The position numbers and the translations under genes were made by a program. Below the pieces are notes generated by a model. The model was not told where the DNA came from. It worked only from the letters and a program-made list of their open reading frames with translations, and searched no databases. From the NCBI GenBank assembly GCA_965116875.1, contig OZ220733.1, positions 960,001 to 1,024,000 on the forward strand: a stretch of 64,000 nt of DNA. The letters are read 5' to 3'. Shown here in pieces: positions 9,709 to 19,700 of the stretch (position 1 is the stretch's first letter; each line of letters starts with the position of its first letter). Origin of the DNA: Candidatus Latescibacterota bacterium. GTDB taxonomy: Bacteria > Latescibacterota > UBA2968 > GCA-2709665.

Positions 9709-11052
9709 TCAACTTGCCTCTTCTGCCAAGCGGACCACAATCCGGTTGCCTTCCACCTCCACCACCGTGATCGGGCTGTCCTTTTCGATAAACTCCCCGT
9801 CAGCAGCCACGTTGACCCGGCGTCCGTCGATCAGCCCCGTACCGGAGGGACGCAGCGGCGTAAAGGCCACGCCGTTCTTGCCCAGAAGCGCTTCATGCTC
9901 ACCGGTAGCTATGTACCCGGCTTCGCTGCGTTCTTCTTCCTGAAGCACCAGCCACTTCCACGCGGAGGTGCGGGGCAGCATTTTCAACATCACAACGGCG
10001 ATCAGGATTGTCGTCAAGAAAGACAGCAATAAGGGCCTGGCGGCGAGTCCCACGGACTCCCACGTCCACAGTTCGGGTCTTCCCATCAGACTCAGGAACA
10101 GGCCGGCAATCATGAGCACGACGCCGGGGATGGCCAATACGCCGAATCCGGCGATGAAAAACAGGTCCGCGATCACAAGAATCGCCCCGAACAGGAAGAG
10201 CAGCACTTCCGTCCAGTCGGCGAGTTCCACCAGCAGATGGCTGCCGAAAAACAGGCCGAGGCAGATCAACCCCAGCGTTCCGCCCACGCCCCAACCCGGG
10301 CTCTGGATCTCGAAGATCAACCCCAGAAAACCGAGCGACATCAGCAACGAGGCGACGACAGGGTAGGTGAGCCAACGCACGACCTGCTCCGACCAGTTCA
10401 CCGACTGAGGTCTTACCCGCGCGCCTCCCAATTCAAAGTACGCCAAAACGTCACGAAGTTTGTCGCCCTCGCCCGCTGCCGTAATCGTGTGTTCCGCGAT
10501 TTTATTCGCAACCGCTTCGGTTGTGGTGAGCGTGAGCAGCTTTCCCTTTGGCGCGAGATCCTCGATATCCACGTCTTCGTCGACCATCGCCTCCGCAAGT
10601 TCGGGGGGGCGGCCCGTCTTCTCGGCGGTCGCCTTCATCTCGTTTCGGAAATAGGAAATTACTTTTTCGCTGGCCTTTTTGCCCTGCATGTCAACGGCCG
10701 TGGCAGCGCCGATGGTACCTCCTTCGACCATGACGATATGCCGGGTTGCCAACGAAATCAGTGCTCCCGCCGAAATCGCCCTCGGGTTGATGAAGGCGAT
10801 GGTCTTCACCTCGCTGTAGAGTATCGCGTCGCGGATGACCAGGGCCGCGTCCAGCGCGCCGCCGGGGGTGTCGATTTCGAAAACCACCGCGGACACGTCC
10901 TCCGCTTCGGCTTCTGCCATAACCCTGGAAACAAAGGCGGCGAGCCCTCGCTCGATGGTTCCTTCGATCGGCACGACGTAGACCGAACCATCCGCCAGGC
11001 ACGTGGCCGGCAGAAACAGGAGGAATGCAAGAACCGCAAGCGTAACGCGCAT
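9709..11052 (-). CDS. nfeD: NfeD family membrane-bound serine protease (ClpP class, YqeZ-like)
   Basis: Signal peptide, IDTPGG, AISAGALI, AEAMVD, GKLLTLT, TM region and C-terminal OB-fold TPLRPSG. Confidence 0.93.
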   Translation of the reverse strand: MRVTLAVLAFLLFLPATCLADGSVYVVPIEGTIERGLAAFVSRVMAEAEAEDVSAVVFEIDTPGGALDAALVIRDAILYSEVKTIAFINPRAISAGALISLATRHIVMVEGGTIGAATAVDMQGKKASEKVISYFRNEMKATAEKTGRPPELAEAMVDEDVDIEDLAPKGKLLTLTTTEAVANKIAEHTITAAGEGDKLRDVLAYFELGGARVRPQSVNWSEQVVRWLTYPVVASLLMSLGFLGLIFEIQSPGWGVGGTLGLICLGLFFGSHLLVELADWTEVLLFLFGAILVIADLFFIAGFGVLAIPGVVLMIAGLFLSLMGRPELWTWESVGLAARPLLLSFLTTILIAVVMLKMLPRTSAWKWLVLQEEERSEAGYIATGEHEALLGKNGVAFTPLRPSGTGLIDGRRVNVAADGEFIEKDSPITVVEVEGNRIVVRLAEEAS

Positions 11053-11105
11053 CTGATTGGAACTCCCTCGGCGGTCGGGATTCAGGCGGCATGATCCTCA
11101 ATATC

Positions 11106-11134
11106 AGTGTACCGCATTACAGGATAATTGTCAA
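11106..11134 (-). promoter_or_regulatory. Sigma70-type promoter for the nfeD-floA operon
   Basis: TTGACA-N17-TACACT on the minus strand. Confidence 0.6.
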
Positions 11135-11173
11135 TGGCTTCGAAACGGTCGGTGGACATTGGCGTATTCCGTC

Positions 11174-11202
11174 TTGACATCAACTCCGTATCCTTGTATT
11201 TT
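11174..11202 (+). promoter_or_regulatory. Sigma70-type promoter for tRNA-Met
   Basis: TTGACA-N17-TATTTT, about 20 nt upstream of the tRNA. Confidence 0.6.
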
Positions 11203-11222
11203 TTCTGTCCGGCAAAAAAGGT

Positions 11223-11298
11223 GGCGGCGTAGCTCAGTTGGCAGAGCAGTGGAATCATAATCCATGGGTCGGGGGTTCAAGTCCCTCCGCCGCTACCA
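11223..11298 (+). tRNA. tRNA-Met(CAT), elongator type
   Basis: GGCGGCGTAGCTCAGTTGGCAGAGCAGTGGAATCATAATCCATGGGTCGGGGGTTCAAGTCCCTCCGCCGCTACCA; 76 nt, CAT anticodon, encoded CCA, no initiator features. Confidence 0.95.
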
Positions 11299-11334
11299 GG
11301 AAACCTGATGTCGGTCTTGCCGACTTCGTTATGA

Positions 11335-11373
11335 GACATAAGCCCCCGTGGCAAATTGCCGGGGGCTTATGTC
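11335..11373. terminator. Hairpin between the convergent tRNA-Met and TA operon
   Basis: GACATAAGCCCCCG / CGGGGGCTTATGTC 14-bp stem. Confidence 0.7.
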
Positions 11374-11425
11374 ATTGCGGAATTACGTCAGGCTCATCCG
11401 CAATACCGTCGCTTTACGAAAGCGT

Positions 11426-11749
11426 CTATTGCTGTTTCAATGTTCGACGAATAACTTCCAGGTCTCGATGGAGATCATCCAGGTCGTATTGGAAAGGCAC
11501 TTTTGAAATGCGAGCGTAGTCCATCATTTCCCACAGGGTCACGCCCGCTTCGCTGGCGGCCCGTGCAAGCGAGAGCTTTCTTTCGCCGTACAGACGCGCG
11601 TAATGCTCCAGCTTCCATTGATGAATTGCTTTAGACAACAATCGACGGACCGTGGTTGAACGATCGGATTGTTCGACGTCTTCGATCAGCTCCAATGCGC
11701 GGACCAGTTCCGATGGAAGCCTCGTGCCAACCATCTGTTCCATCTTCAT
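11426..11749 (-). CDS. UPF0175 family antitoxin (RHH/HTH)
   Basis: VGTRLP...DRSTTVRRLL and LYGERKLSLARAASEAGVTLWEMMD; ATGA overlap with the PIN gene. Confidence 0.8.
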   Translation of the reverse strand: MKMEQMVGTRLPSELVRALELIEDVEQSDRSTTVRRLLSKAIHQWKLEHYARLYGERKLSLARAASEAGVTLWEMMDYARISKVPFQYDLDDLHRDLEVIRRTLKQQ

Positions 11750-12261
11750 CTTTCCGCCTCCCTTGCGACTCTCAAGACTTCCGCAACGACGCCTGGCGAC
11801 AGCCACAGAATTCGGCCCAGGTCACGAATCGCAGTTTCCAATTCCGCCAGATTGAGACGTCGCCGCAAGCAAGCTTCCAGGAATACGCCCGCCGTTCCAA
11901 CGTGTTCGATCGACATGGCTGCGGACACGCTTCGAGCCTCCTTGTCGTCCACGATCAACCGCAGTCCCCTTCCGTCCGCAAGGGCAATAGACTCCGTTTC
12001 GCCTGGGCCAAGTCCTGACGGACCGTACAGCCGCCGAGCCAATTCGTGCTCACCATCCGTAAGCACGACCTCCTTCAACCAGCGGTCTTCTACAGCGGCT
12101 TCAAGTTGAGCCACACCCGGGTCGCGAATCGCCCGGCCTGCGTCGATCGTCTCCGTCCTTACCGCGGGGGGGATCAGCACGCTGCCGTACAGATCGCGCA
12201 GCACGCTCAGGCGCCGGAGCTTGACAAGGGCGATCAATGGAGAAGCATCGGCTACGATCAT
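11746..12261 (-). CDS. PIN-domain toxin (DUF3368/VapC-like)
   Basis: MIVADASPLIAL, IPPAVRTE, LGPGETESIALA, IVDDKEAR, GTAGV. Confidence 0.88.
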   Translation of the reverse strand: MIVADASPLIALVKLRRLSVLRDLYGSVLIPPAVRTETIDAGRAIRDPGVAQLEAAVEDRWLKEVVLTDGEHELARRLYGPSGLGPGETESIALADGRGLRLIVDDKEARSVSAAMSIEHVGTAGVFLEACLRRRLNLAELETAIRDLGRILWLSPGVVAEVLRVAREAER

Positions 12262-12291
12262 TTGGTTTTCCCACGGGCATCATCCATCTTC

Positions 12292-12322
12292 ACATTTGTA
12301 AGTTAACAAAATTAACAAATGT
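12292..12322 (-). promoter_or_regulatory. Putative operator upstream of the TA operon
   Basis: AT-rich ACATTTGT...ACAAATGT inverted repeat containing TTAACAAA direct repeats. Confidence 0.45.
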
Positions 12323-12410
12323 TTGCAACTTCGCGTTATGGGTCCGCGAAGTTCCACATCCATCGCAGGCAGGCCAGCAGGGCATCCAGGAATCCGGCTG
12401 GTAGAGAATA

Positions 12411-13466
12411 TCAGCCACTGTCGACTTCATGCCGGATGAACGGATTGGAACAGGGATACCCCTCCGTCGCCCACATGGTCCGTTCGGCCGGGCACAGGAT
12501 GATCCCGCTGTCCGTGTGCAGGCCTCCCTGACCATGCTGGCAAATGCCCACCGGATCATCGTGCGTCCGGTACATCTCCTCCAAACCGTCGAAACTTCGC
12601 GCCACGTCCCTCTCCATCCGGGACACCAGATCGATTCGCGCATGGCTGTTTTCAAGATACGGCAATGCCGGATCGTCCTTCCCGACAAGCTCCTTTCCAA
12701 GACAATGGTTGGTCTCCCACACCGCCTCACCGGCGCCTGACGGGCGCCTCATGGTCTGTCCCGCCACGTGTTTCTCCAGAATCGCCACGTCTCCGGTCGC
12801 GTCGCCCATCAGGACGCTCATCCCGTGCATCGGGATTTCGAATTCGGCGCACAGGGCCGCGGCATCTTCGACGGTGCGGCACCGTTCCGCCAGCAATGGC
12901 AGGAGAAACAGCACGGGAACGCCGCCCTCACGGCGTACACATCCGGTGAGTCCCGTCATGCCGAACCCGAACCCGGCCTCGTTGACAGCCGCCGACGTCC
13001 AGATCGTTCCAACGAAGTGCATCTGGACGGATCGCAGATTTCCGGATGGCGCCGCATGATGTATCGCGTTGGCGCCCAGTTCCCTCTTCCCGAGATCGTC
13101 GGACTTGCCAAGCCACGCCCGCCCCTCTTCATCCGTGAACCCGAATACGCTGCACGCTGGCGTTGAGGATTCGTCCAGATCGAAGACGAGATTGAGCTCG
13201 AACACGTCGTCGAACGACAGACCGGCGCCGATCGCGATCCCCTCGATCTCCCGGATCATGTCAGGAAACAACCCGCCGATCCGATCCGTCCACAGGTCCA
13301 CCTTTCGCTTCCGCGCGTCCGGCGCCAGGCCGGGCCGCCAGCCGCCCTCCCCGTCGGCAAAGTCCTCTCTGTACCGATCGATCAATCCGGCGATCCGGTC
13401 CGGTGCGGCGCGTCCATGGGCGATGCCTCGCGCCATCGCGTCGCCTTCCGTCTGAAAATAGTACAT
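12411..13466 (-). CDS. C45 family autoproteolytic acyltransferase/hydrolase (Ntn hydrolase)
   Basis: RGIAHG N-terminus, EIEGIAIGAG, nucleophile context ACSVFG, AVNEAGF, ETNH. Confidence 0.82.
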   Translation of the reverse strand: MYYFQTEGDAMARGIAHGRAAPDRIAGLIDRYREDFADGEGGWRPGLAPDARKRKVDLWTDRIGGLFPDMIREIEGIAIGAGLSFDDVFELNLVFDLDESSTPACSVFGFTDEEGRAWLGKSDDLGKRELGANAIHHAAPSGNLRSVQMHFVGTIWTSAAVNEAGFGFGMTGLTGCVRREGGVPVLFLLPLLAERCRTVEDAAALCAEFEIPMHGMSVLMGDATGDVAILEKHVAGQTMRRPSGAGEAVWETNHCLGKELVGKDDPALPYLENSHARIDLVSRMERDVARSFDGLEEMYRTHDDPVGICQHGQGGLHTDSGIILCPAERTMWATEGYPCSNPFIRHEVDSG

Positions 13467-13496
13467 CAGCTCTCCGTCGTCACTTCGGACGTCACC

Positions 13497-14390
13497 TCAT
13501 GCGCCCCGGGACTCCGACTGTTTCCCCATCGCCCGTGCCATTGAGCGTACATGTTCCGGCCCGGCGCCGCAGCAGGACCCCAGGTACCGGATGTCCGCCG
13601 CCATGGCATCCCTCGCGAAACGGGCGAACTGAGCCTCCGTTGCCGCCGGCAGATTCCACCACGAGTGCCACGCCGACGGCTGGCAGCAAATCGGCACGTC
13701 CGCCGCCTGCCGCATCCGGGTTGCGAATTCGAGCATCGCCGAGGGCGGGCAGATACAGTTCAATCCCACCACGTCGGCGCCGGCATCCGCCAGTCTTCTG
13801 GCGCATTCCGCCGGCGAAAACCCGTCGAACGTCTCCGCGTTTCCCCTTCCCTCCATGCTCACGGTAACCACGGTCGGGAGCCCGGTGCCTCTCGCAACGT
13901 CCAGCGCAAGGAGTGCCTCGTCCAGCCACGAGAACGTCTCCAGGATCAGGAAATCAACGCCCCCGTCGCAGATCCACGGCAGTTGTTCATCCAGCCAATC
14001 GCGTGTCCGGTCCCGCTTTTCGGTGTCGGAGGGATCGTAATCCATCAGTGAAATCGTCGGACTGTTCAGGTTGCCGGCAACCAGCGCATCATCGCCCGCC
14101 ACTTCCCTCGCGATCCGGCAGGCCGTCGCATTGATCTCCTCCGCGCGGTCCGCGAATCCCGCCGGTTTCAGCATGTTTGAGGTCCCGAAGAACGTGAGTG
14201 TCTGCAACACCTCGGCTCCGGCGTCCCTGAACTCCTGCGTCAGCCTGCGCACCTCCTCGGGATGGGTCGCCACCACCTGCGGCGTCATGGCGCCCGTTCT
14301 CACGAAACCCCGCATCCGCAGCCCCATCAGATATCCCCCGTCACCCAGTACGAAGCCCTTTTCCAGCCGCTGTAACAGTCCGTCAGACAT
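13497..14390 (-). CDS. Homocysteine S-methyltransferase family protein
   Basis: LGDGG, EFRDAGAEVLQTLTF, ETF, VGLNC and GSCCGAGPEHV zinc ligands. Confidence 0.9.
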   Translation of the reverse strand: MSDGLLQRLEKGFVLGDGGYLMGLRMRGFVRTGAMTPQVVATHPEEVRRLTQEFRDAGAEVLQTLTFFGTSNMLKPAGFADRAEEINATACRIAREVAGDDALVAGNLNSPTISLMDYDPSDTEKRDRTRDWLDEQLPWICDGGVDFLILETFSWLDEALLALDVARGTGLPTVVTVSMEGRGNAETFDGFSPAECARRLADAGADVVGLNCICPPSAMLEFATRMRQAADVPICCQPSAWHSWWNLPAATEAQFARFARDAMAADIRYLGSCCGAGPEHVRSMARAMGKQSESRGA

Positions 14391-14393
14391 CTG

Positions 14394-15677
14394 TTAAAAA
14401 TCCTTTCGGGAATCTGTTTCTCGCCACGCCTCCTCCAACAACGCAACTGCGGCTCCGCGGATCCGGGCCTCGGATTCCATCTCAAGAGGCGCGAACAACA
14501 CCTCGCCGTCCCCCTCGATGCGCGCCCGCTCCGTCGGCAGATAGCCGACCTCGGGACACGGGTTGCACAGCACGAAGACCCTGTCGAACGCGGCGGCCTC
14601 ACGAATGGCGAACGACGTCTCCACGAACGGCTCGCCCGGCATGTGGATCAAAGCGCTGTCGCCGAGTACGACCGCGTGAAAATCGAACGCGCAGGTCGGC
14701 TGGTCCCGGTACGTCCGCGCCAACCAGTATTCGTATCGCGCGAGTCCCTCCGCAGCGGGAGGATTCGCCTCCCACTCCTTCCGGGCCGCCTCCACTTCCG
14801 CAACGGGTTGGCGTGCGATCTGAATCGTTCGCCTGAAGCGCCCGAGTTCCACGTTTGCTTGCGGCGCGAGCCCGTCGTAGATCTCCAGCGCCGTTTCCGC
14901 CAGCGACCGTCCGATGCGGCCGCAGGGGTCGTCCGTTTCGCGAACGGGATGCACGTTGCCCAGGGCGCCCGGAATAAAGAGTCCGTCGATTCCTTTCTCG
15001 GCAAGCTCCCGGGCCACAACGCCCGGGTAATCCGCCGAGACGTTTCCCCGGAAATCCCACAGAGCCAGCGCATGACATCCGAAATTCGTCAGCGCGATCG
15101 GCCGCTTGCCGTCCCGGTCGAAGCGTACGACGCCCACCTGGAGATCCACCGCGTCATAGACAAGATCGTCCGGCGGGTTGGGGAACTCCGTCAGCGAGAC
15201 CATCCGCAGATTGCCGTGCTCATCGTGCGCCCGGCGGTTGTATTGCAGCCCGTTTTCCGCCAATCCCGTGCCCACCGCCACACGCGCCGGCGAAACGTCG
15301 GCCCTGGCCATTCGCACGGCCTCCGCGGCCGCCCGTGCGTAGCGCGCCTCGTTCCCGAATTCCTTTAACGCCTCCGTGGGCTGATTCACGTAGAACTGGA
15401 ACAGCGTGGGACCGGTGCCCATATGGCTGGCGCCCGGGAGGATCCAGGCGGGGTCCACGTCCGTATCCTCCAACTCCCCTGCCATTATGTCGAAACAGGT
15501 ATCGTCGAACAGGAACAGATCCGCCGCCAGAAACGTCACCTGCCGGTCGCCCTGCCGCACGTGCAGCGCACGAAAGTAAATGGGATCGTAGATTTCGAAC
15601 GACTCGTGCGCCGCCGGCGTAATGTCGACCTTTCCGAAACCCGCCACCATTTCCTGGTTTGCGTTCGATTCGGTCAT
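14394..15677 (-). CDS. Neutral/alkaline ceramidase N-terminal-like amidohydrolase
   Basis: AGFGKVDITP, DPIYFRAL, ASHMGTGP, NRR, NFGCHA, SADYPG, MPGEPFVE, GYLPT. Confidence 0.75.
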   Translation of the reverse strand: MTESNANQEMVAGFGKVDITPAAHESFEIYDPIYFRALHVRQGDRQVTFLAADLFLFDDTCFDIMAGELEDTDVDPAWILPGASHMGTGPTLFQFYVNQPTEALKEFGNEARYARAAAEAVRMARADVSPARVAVGTGLAENGLQYNRRAHDEHGNLRMVSLTEFPNPPDDLVYDAVDLQVGVVRFDRDGKRPIALTNFGCHALALWDFRGNVSADYPGVVARELAEKGIDGLFIPGALGNVHPVRETDDPCGRIGRSLAETALEIYDGLAPQANVELGRFRRTIQIARQPVAEVEAARKEWEANPPAAEGLARYEYWLARTYRDQPTCAFDFHAVVLGDSALIHMPGEPFVETSFAIREAAAFDRVFVLCNPCPEVGYLPTERARIEGDGEVLFAPLEMESEARIRGAAVALLEEAWRETDSRKDF

Positions 15678-15772
15678 TCGAGCATTCCTCTCATCTGAAA
15701 CCGTTCGTTTCCGCATATCAAGTCCATGGCCAACCCTGCAATACGCAGCGGGAAGACCCCCGCCGTTCTCCC

Positions 15773-15801
15773 ATCATAATACCGGCGTCATTCACTGTCA
15801 A
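15773..15801 (-). promoter_or_regulatory. Sigma70-type promoter for the 15677->12411 operon
   Basis: TTGACA-N17-TATGAT on the minus strand. Confidence 0.65.
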
Positions 15802-15884
15802 GCCGGGATCCGCGGCCAGGTTTATCCGGAATCTGGAATCGAAATCCGATCTTACGTGTATGGAACGCGAATCACGAACGCGGC

Positions 15885-15913
15885 TTGACAACGCTTTGCC
15901 AACTGGTTATTAT
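15885..15913 (+). promoter_or_regulatory. Sigma70-type promoter for the small coiled-coil gene
   Basis: TTGACA-N17-TATTAT, near consensus. Confidence 0.65.
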
Positions 15914-16020
15914 GCACGTGAGAAAACAGGCGCCTGTCCCACTCGAGGTCGTCAGGCTCCTGCATCGGTGAACGGCCCTGGTGAATTGAACATGCACGGA
16001 TTTATACTGGATTCCTTATC

Positions 16021-16293
16021 GTGACCGAATCGCCCGAATCTCAAGCCGCGTCGGCGCCGGACAATACCCACTGGGGCGTTGCCTATCTGCGTGAAGACCT
16101 CCAGGATCTGCGTCAGCAGTTGCGCGAGGACGTCAAAGACCTGCGCCAGCAGATCGCCGAGACCAATAAGCGAATTGACGAAACAAATGAGCGTATCGAC
16201 GAAACCAATAAACTCATTGAATCCCGTTTCGCCTGGCTGATAACGACCATGGTGGCACTGACGGGCATTCTCATCGCCGTGATCAAGCTCTGA
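16021..16293 (+). CDS. Small coiled-coil protein with C-terminal membrane anchor (DUF1640/CCDC90-like architecture)
   Basis: LREDLQDLRQQ/LREDVKDLRQQ and ETNKRID/ETNERID/ETNKLIE repeats, followed by the TM segment FAWLITTMVALTGILIAVIKL. Confidence 0.75.
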   Translation: MTESPESQAASAPDNTHWGVAYLREDLQDLRQQLREDVKDLRQQIAETNKRIDETNERIDETNKLIESRFAWLITTMVALTGILIAVIKL

Positions 16294-16305
16294 GGACGAT
16301 CCGGA

Positions 16306-16502
16306 TTGGCCTCAATTCCACAAAAGCCGCAACGCCGCAACGCGACGAAACCTTTCGAATTGGGCCGAAATGGTCGTCATGAAGGACATTTTTTCCGTTC
16401 ACGTACAATGTCCTGGTGTATCCAGGTAATCCGCAGTTGAATCGCCTTTGTCAACTTGCACATATACGAACGAACGTCACCGAAAAGCGACGAATCCTGG
16501 TT
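16306..16502 (-). repeat. Dispersed ~195-bp non-coding element, copy 1
   Basis: Its reverse complement aligns end-to-end with 39740-39931 (about 159/197 identical by manual count). Confidence 0.9.
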
Positions 16503-16580
16503 GATTCGTCGATGACGTATGGGCCAGGCCGAATCCGGATCGAACGGATCAGGTCCGGTGTATCCGCCGATCTCGATATC

Positions 16581-16629
16581 AAGACGGGACAAGACTCTTT
16601 ATGGGTGCATTGTCCCGTCTTCTATTTTC
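16581..16629 (+). terminator. Terminator-like hairpin
   Basis: AAGACGGGACAA / TTGTCCCGTCTT 12-bp stem followed by CTATTTTC. Confidence 0.55.
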
Positions 16630-16760
16630 AGCTTGACATTGGGGTTCGCGACTTTTATTTGAGAAACGGAACGAGGTTCGGCAACGTTTCGGCCGGATCC
16701 GCGCAGATCGTCGATCGCCGCCGTCGCAGGCGGGCAAGACGCGGGATGAGGTAAAATCCG

Positions 16761-19700
16761 ATGTTTGAGTTTATCGCGGCATCTGTAACGATGGAGGCAC
16801 TCGCGGCCGGAATGATCCTCGCCATTCTGGCCGGGTCCGCGCAAACGGCCCATGCCACCGACAGTCGCACGTACTATACCGATGCCCGGATGGACGTGGC
16901 CCGGCACAATCTGGAGCACTATGCCTGGGCGCGGGAGCACAAGGCGGAAATTATCGGAAAAGCGGAGCATTGGGCGCGGTATGAAGATGCAAAGCTTCGC
17001 ACACTCGTTTCACCCCCTGAGGTGCCGCGGGGATACCAGGTACATAACGACGGGTGCCCGGTACATGGGGTCAGGGTCCATGAACAGGGGCTTTATCGAT
17101 GGATCATCGATTTTGACCGTCCGTATAAAGTGACATGTCCCGTGGGCGGTGAGACGTATCCATCGAACGACTTCGAGGCATTTCTGGCGACGGGCATGAA
17201 AGACAGGTCTTTGTTGACCGGCCCCTACGCGGACGACGGATGGGGGTGGCATCGTCCGGGAGACCCGGTGCCGGCGAACTACTGGTTCGTAGCCTATTAT
17301 GCGCACTGGAGTATGATGCGTTTCCTGATGGAAGCGATCGAAGTCCTGGGACAGGCGTCGGTGCTTGCCGACGATGAAGGCGATGCGAAACGGTACGCCC
17401 ACAAATGCGCGTTGCTGCTGTGGCAGCTTGCTGAATATTATCCCGACTACAAGTACGAACGACAGTCTCGGGAATCGAAGGAGCACAATCCGGAATATAC
17501 GGGCAAGTTGTTCAACAGGATCTGGGAGACGCGACCCCCGCATACCTGCGCGATCGCGTACGACGCGGTGCGGCCCTTTCTGGACACCGACCGCGAACTC
17601 CAGTGTCTTGTGGGCAGAACCGGCCCGGAGATCGACGCGACGATCCAGGATCGGTTGCTCCGCGAGTCGGCCCGGTGCATTATGGATGCGTCGGGCGGCC
17701 GCATCAGGGGCAACTACGGAATGCACCAGAAGGCGCTGCTTACGCTGGCGCAGGTGATGGCGACTTCAGAAAGCCGTCCTCGCAGCAAGGAGATGGTTCA
17801 ATACGTCCTGGCGAATCCGGATCCCGTGATGGCCACCGATATGGGATTGCGGGATGCGCTCGAAAACCTGGTCTACCGCGATGGAATGCCCCACGAGTCG
17901 CTCTCGTACAATCGAATCTGGGTGGACGACTTGACGGAACTGGCCGCCCTGATGGTGGAGACCGGTGTGAACCTGTTTGAGCACCCGCGGTACAGGAAGC
18001 TTGTAACCTGGGCGTTTGACGTTTGTATTGCGGGAAAATTCACCCCCTCCACCGGAGATTCGGGCGACATGTTTGCGTACGGAGGCGCCTGGCAGCCTTC
18101 CGTATGTCAGTTCGCGCTTCCATACGTAAACGACGCCCGCCTTGCGTGGGTGCTGAAGACGCAGCCGGACGCCCGTCAGGACCTGTTCGGCACGCCCGTT
18201 GAGACGCAGCTTTCGCAACTGCCCGAAGGGGACGAACCCGAGATCGGTCTGCGGTCCTTCCACTTTCCCGCGTATGGCATGGCCAATCTGCAGTGCGGCG
18301 ATGAAACGAACCGGTCGGCCGTGTCGTTCTTTTACGGCGACCACCAGGCGCACCGGCATTTCGACCAGTTGAACATCCTGTTTTTCTCACACGACAATGC
18401 GCTGCTGACCGATATCGGGTACCCGGAACAGACGGACGCATTCAATCACCGGCTTGCGGGGTTTTTCACCAATACGGTTGCGCACAATACGGTTGTGGTG
18501 GACGAAGCCCGGCAGGGCCGCGGGCCGGGGCGGTTGCACGGCCTGGTTGCGGAGGGTTTCGCGCAGGCCGTGGATGCGTCCTGCGAGGGCGCCTATGAAG
18601 GGAAGGTCGATCTATACCGGCGCGCGAACATGCTGGTTGAAGCGTCCCGGGGACGGCACTACCTGTTCGACGTATTCTACGTGAACGGCGGCCGTCAGCA
18701 CGACTATTTGCTTCACGGCAATCAGGCGGAGTTCTCCTGCCGTCCCTCGCTGGGACCGGTCCGGGAAACCGGGACGCTGGCGGGAGAGGACGTGCCCTAC
18801 GAGCAGTTCTACGACGATCCCGAACTCAGGGACAAGCGATTGTCCAGCGTGCCCTACAGTGGATACCGGGGCAGCGGCTACCAGTTTCTGTACAACGTGC
18901 AGACCGGACGCCTGAACGCGGAGGCGACTGCCGAATGGCGTCTTACCGAGCCCCTGGATGGCCAGCCGGAACGCCCCTGGCGCGGCATTGGACTTCGGGC
19001 GCATCTGATTGGACGAAACGAGGAGCTATTCGCGTGCGACGGTCCGGTCCAGAAATACAGGTACCTGCCCGAGAGCGTGAAATTTCTGGTGCGCAGGCGA
19101 TCCGGCGCAAATCTGTCCAGCCGGTTCGCGACGGTCTTCGAACCGTATAAAGACAGGCCGTGGGTCCGGCGTGCGACGCGGATCGAACTGACCCCGGAAG
19201 GGTTCGGAGCAACCGCCGTGCGGGTGGAGATGGAAGACGGCTGCGTGCACTATCTGTTCCACGCACTGGATGCCGAAGAGACGCATACCCTGGAAAACGG
19301 CATCGAAGTCGCGGGACAGATGGCTTTTCTGGCGCTGGATGAACGAGGTCGTCCCGTCCGGGCGATGCTTTTCAACGGCTCGATGCTGGCAACAGACGGT
19401 TTGCGGTTGGAAGGAAGAGGTGTGCGCCGCAGCCGGATCGCGTCTGTGGATTACAGGCGCGCGACAATCGAGCTTGCCGACGCCGTGATCGAGGATTCCC
19501 TCCGACCCGGACAGGCCATACCGGTGGTTTCGGCTGGATATTCGGATTGCGTAACGTTTTCGAAAGTGACTGACCGGCGGCGATTTTCGATCGGGGAGGA
19601 AGACGTAAACGTGGCGGGAGGGCCGGTGCTGGATGTACGTGCCGACCGCATTCTCACGAGCGCGTCCAATCCACATGCGCACGTGGGTATGACGGTGCTG

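Noticed and set aside
11223-11298. Initiator tRNA-fMet or tRNA-Ile2 identity
   Set aside because: Lacks the C1:A72 mismatch and three G-C anticodon-stem pairs of initiators, and resembles elongator Met; Ile2 cannot be fully excluded without a covariance model.
16377-16592. 71-aa ORF as a coding explanation for the dispersed element
   Set aside because: Copy 2 has a stop codon and a 4-nt indel in this frame, and substitutions show no third-position bias.
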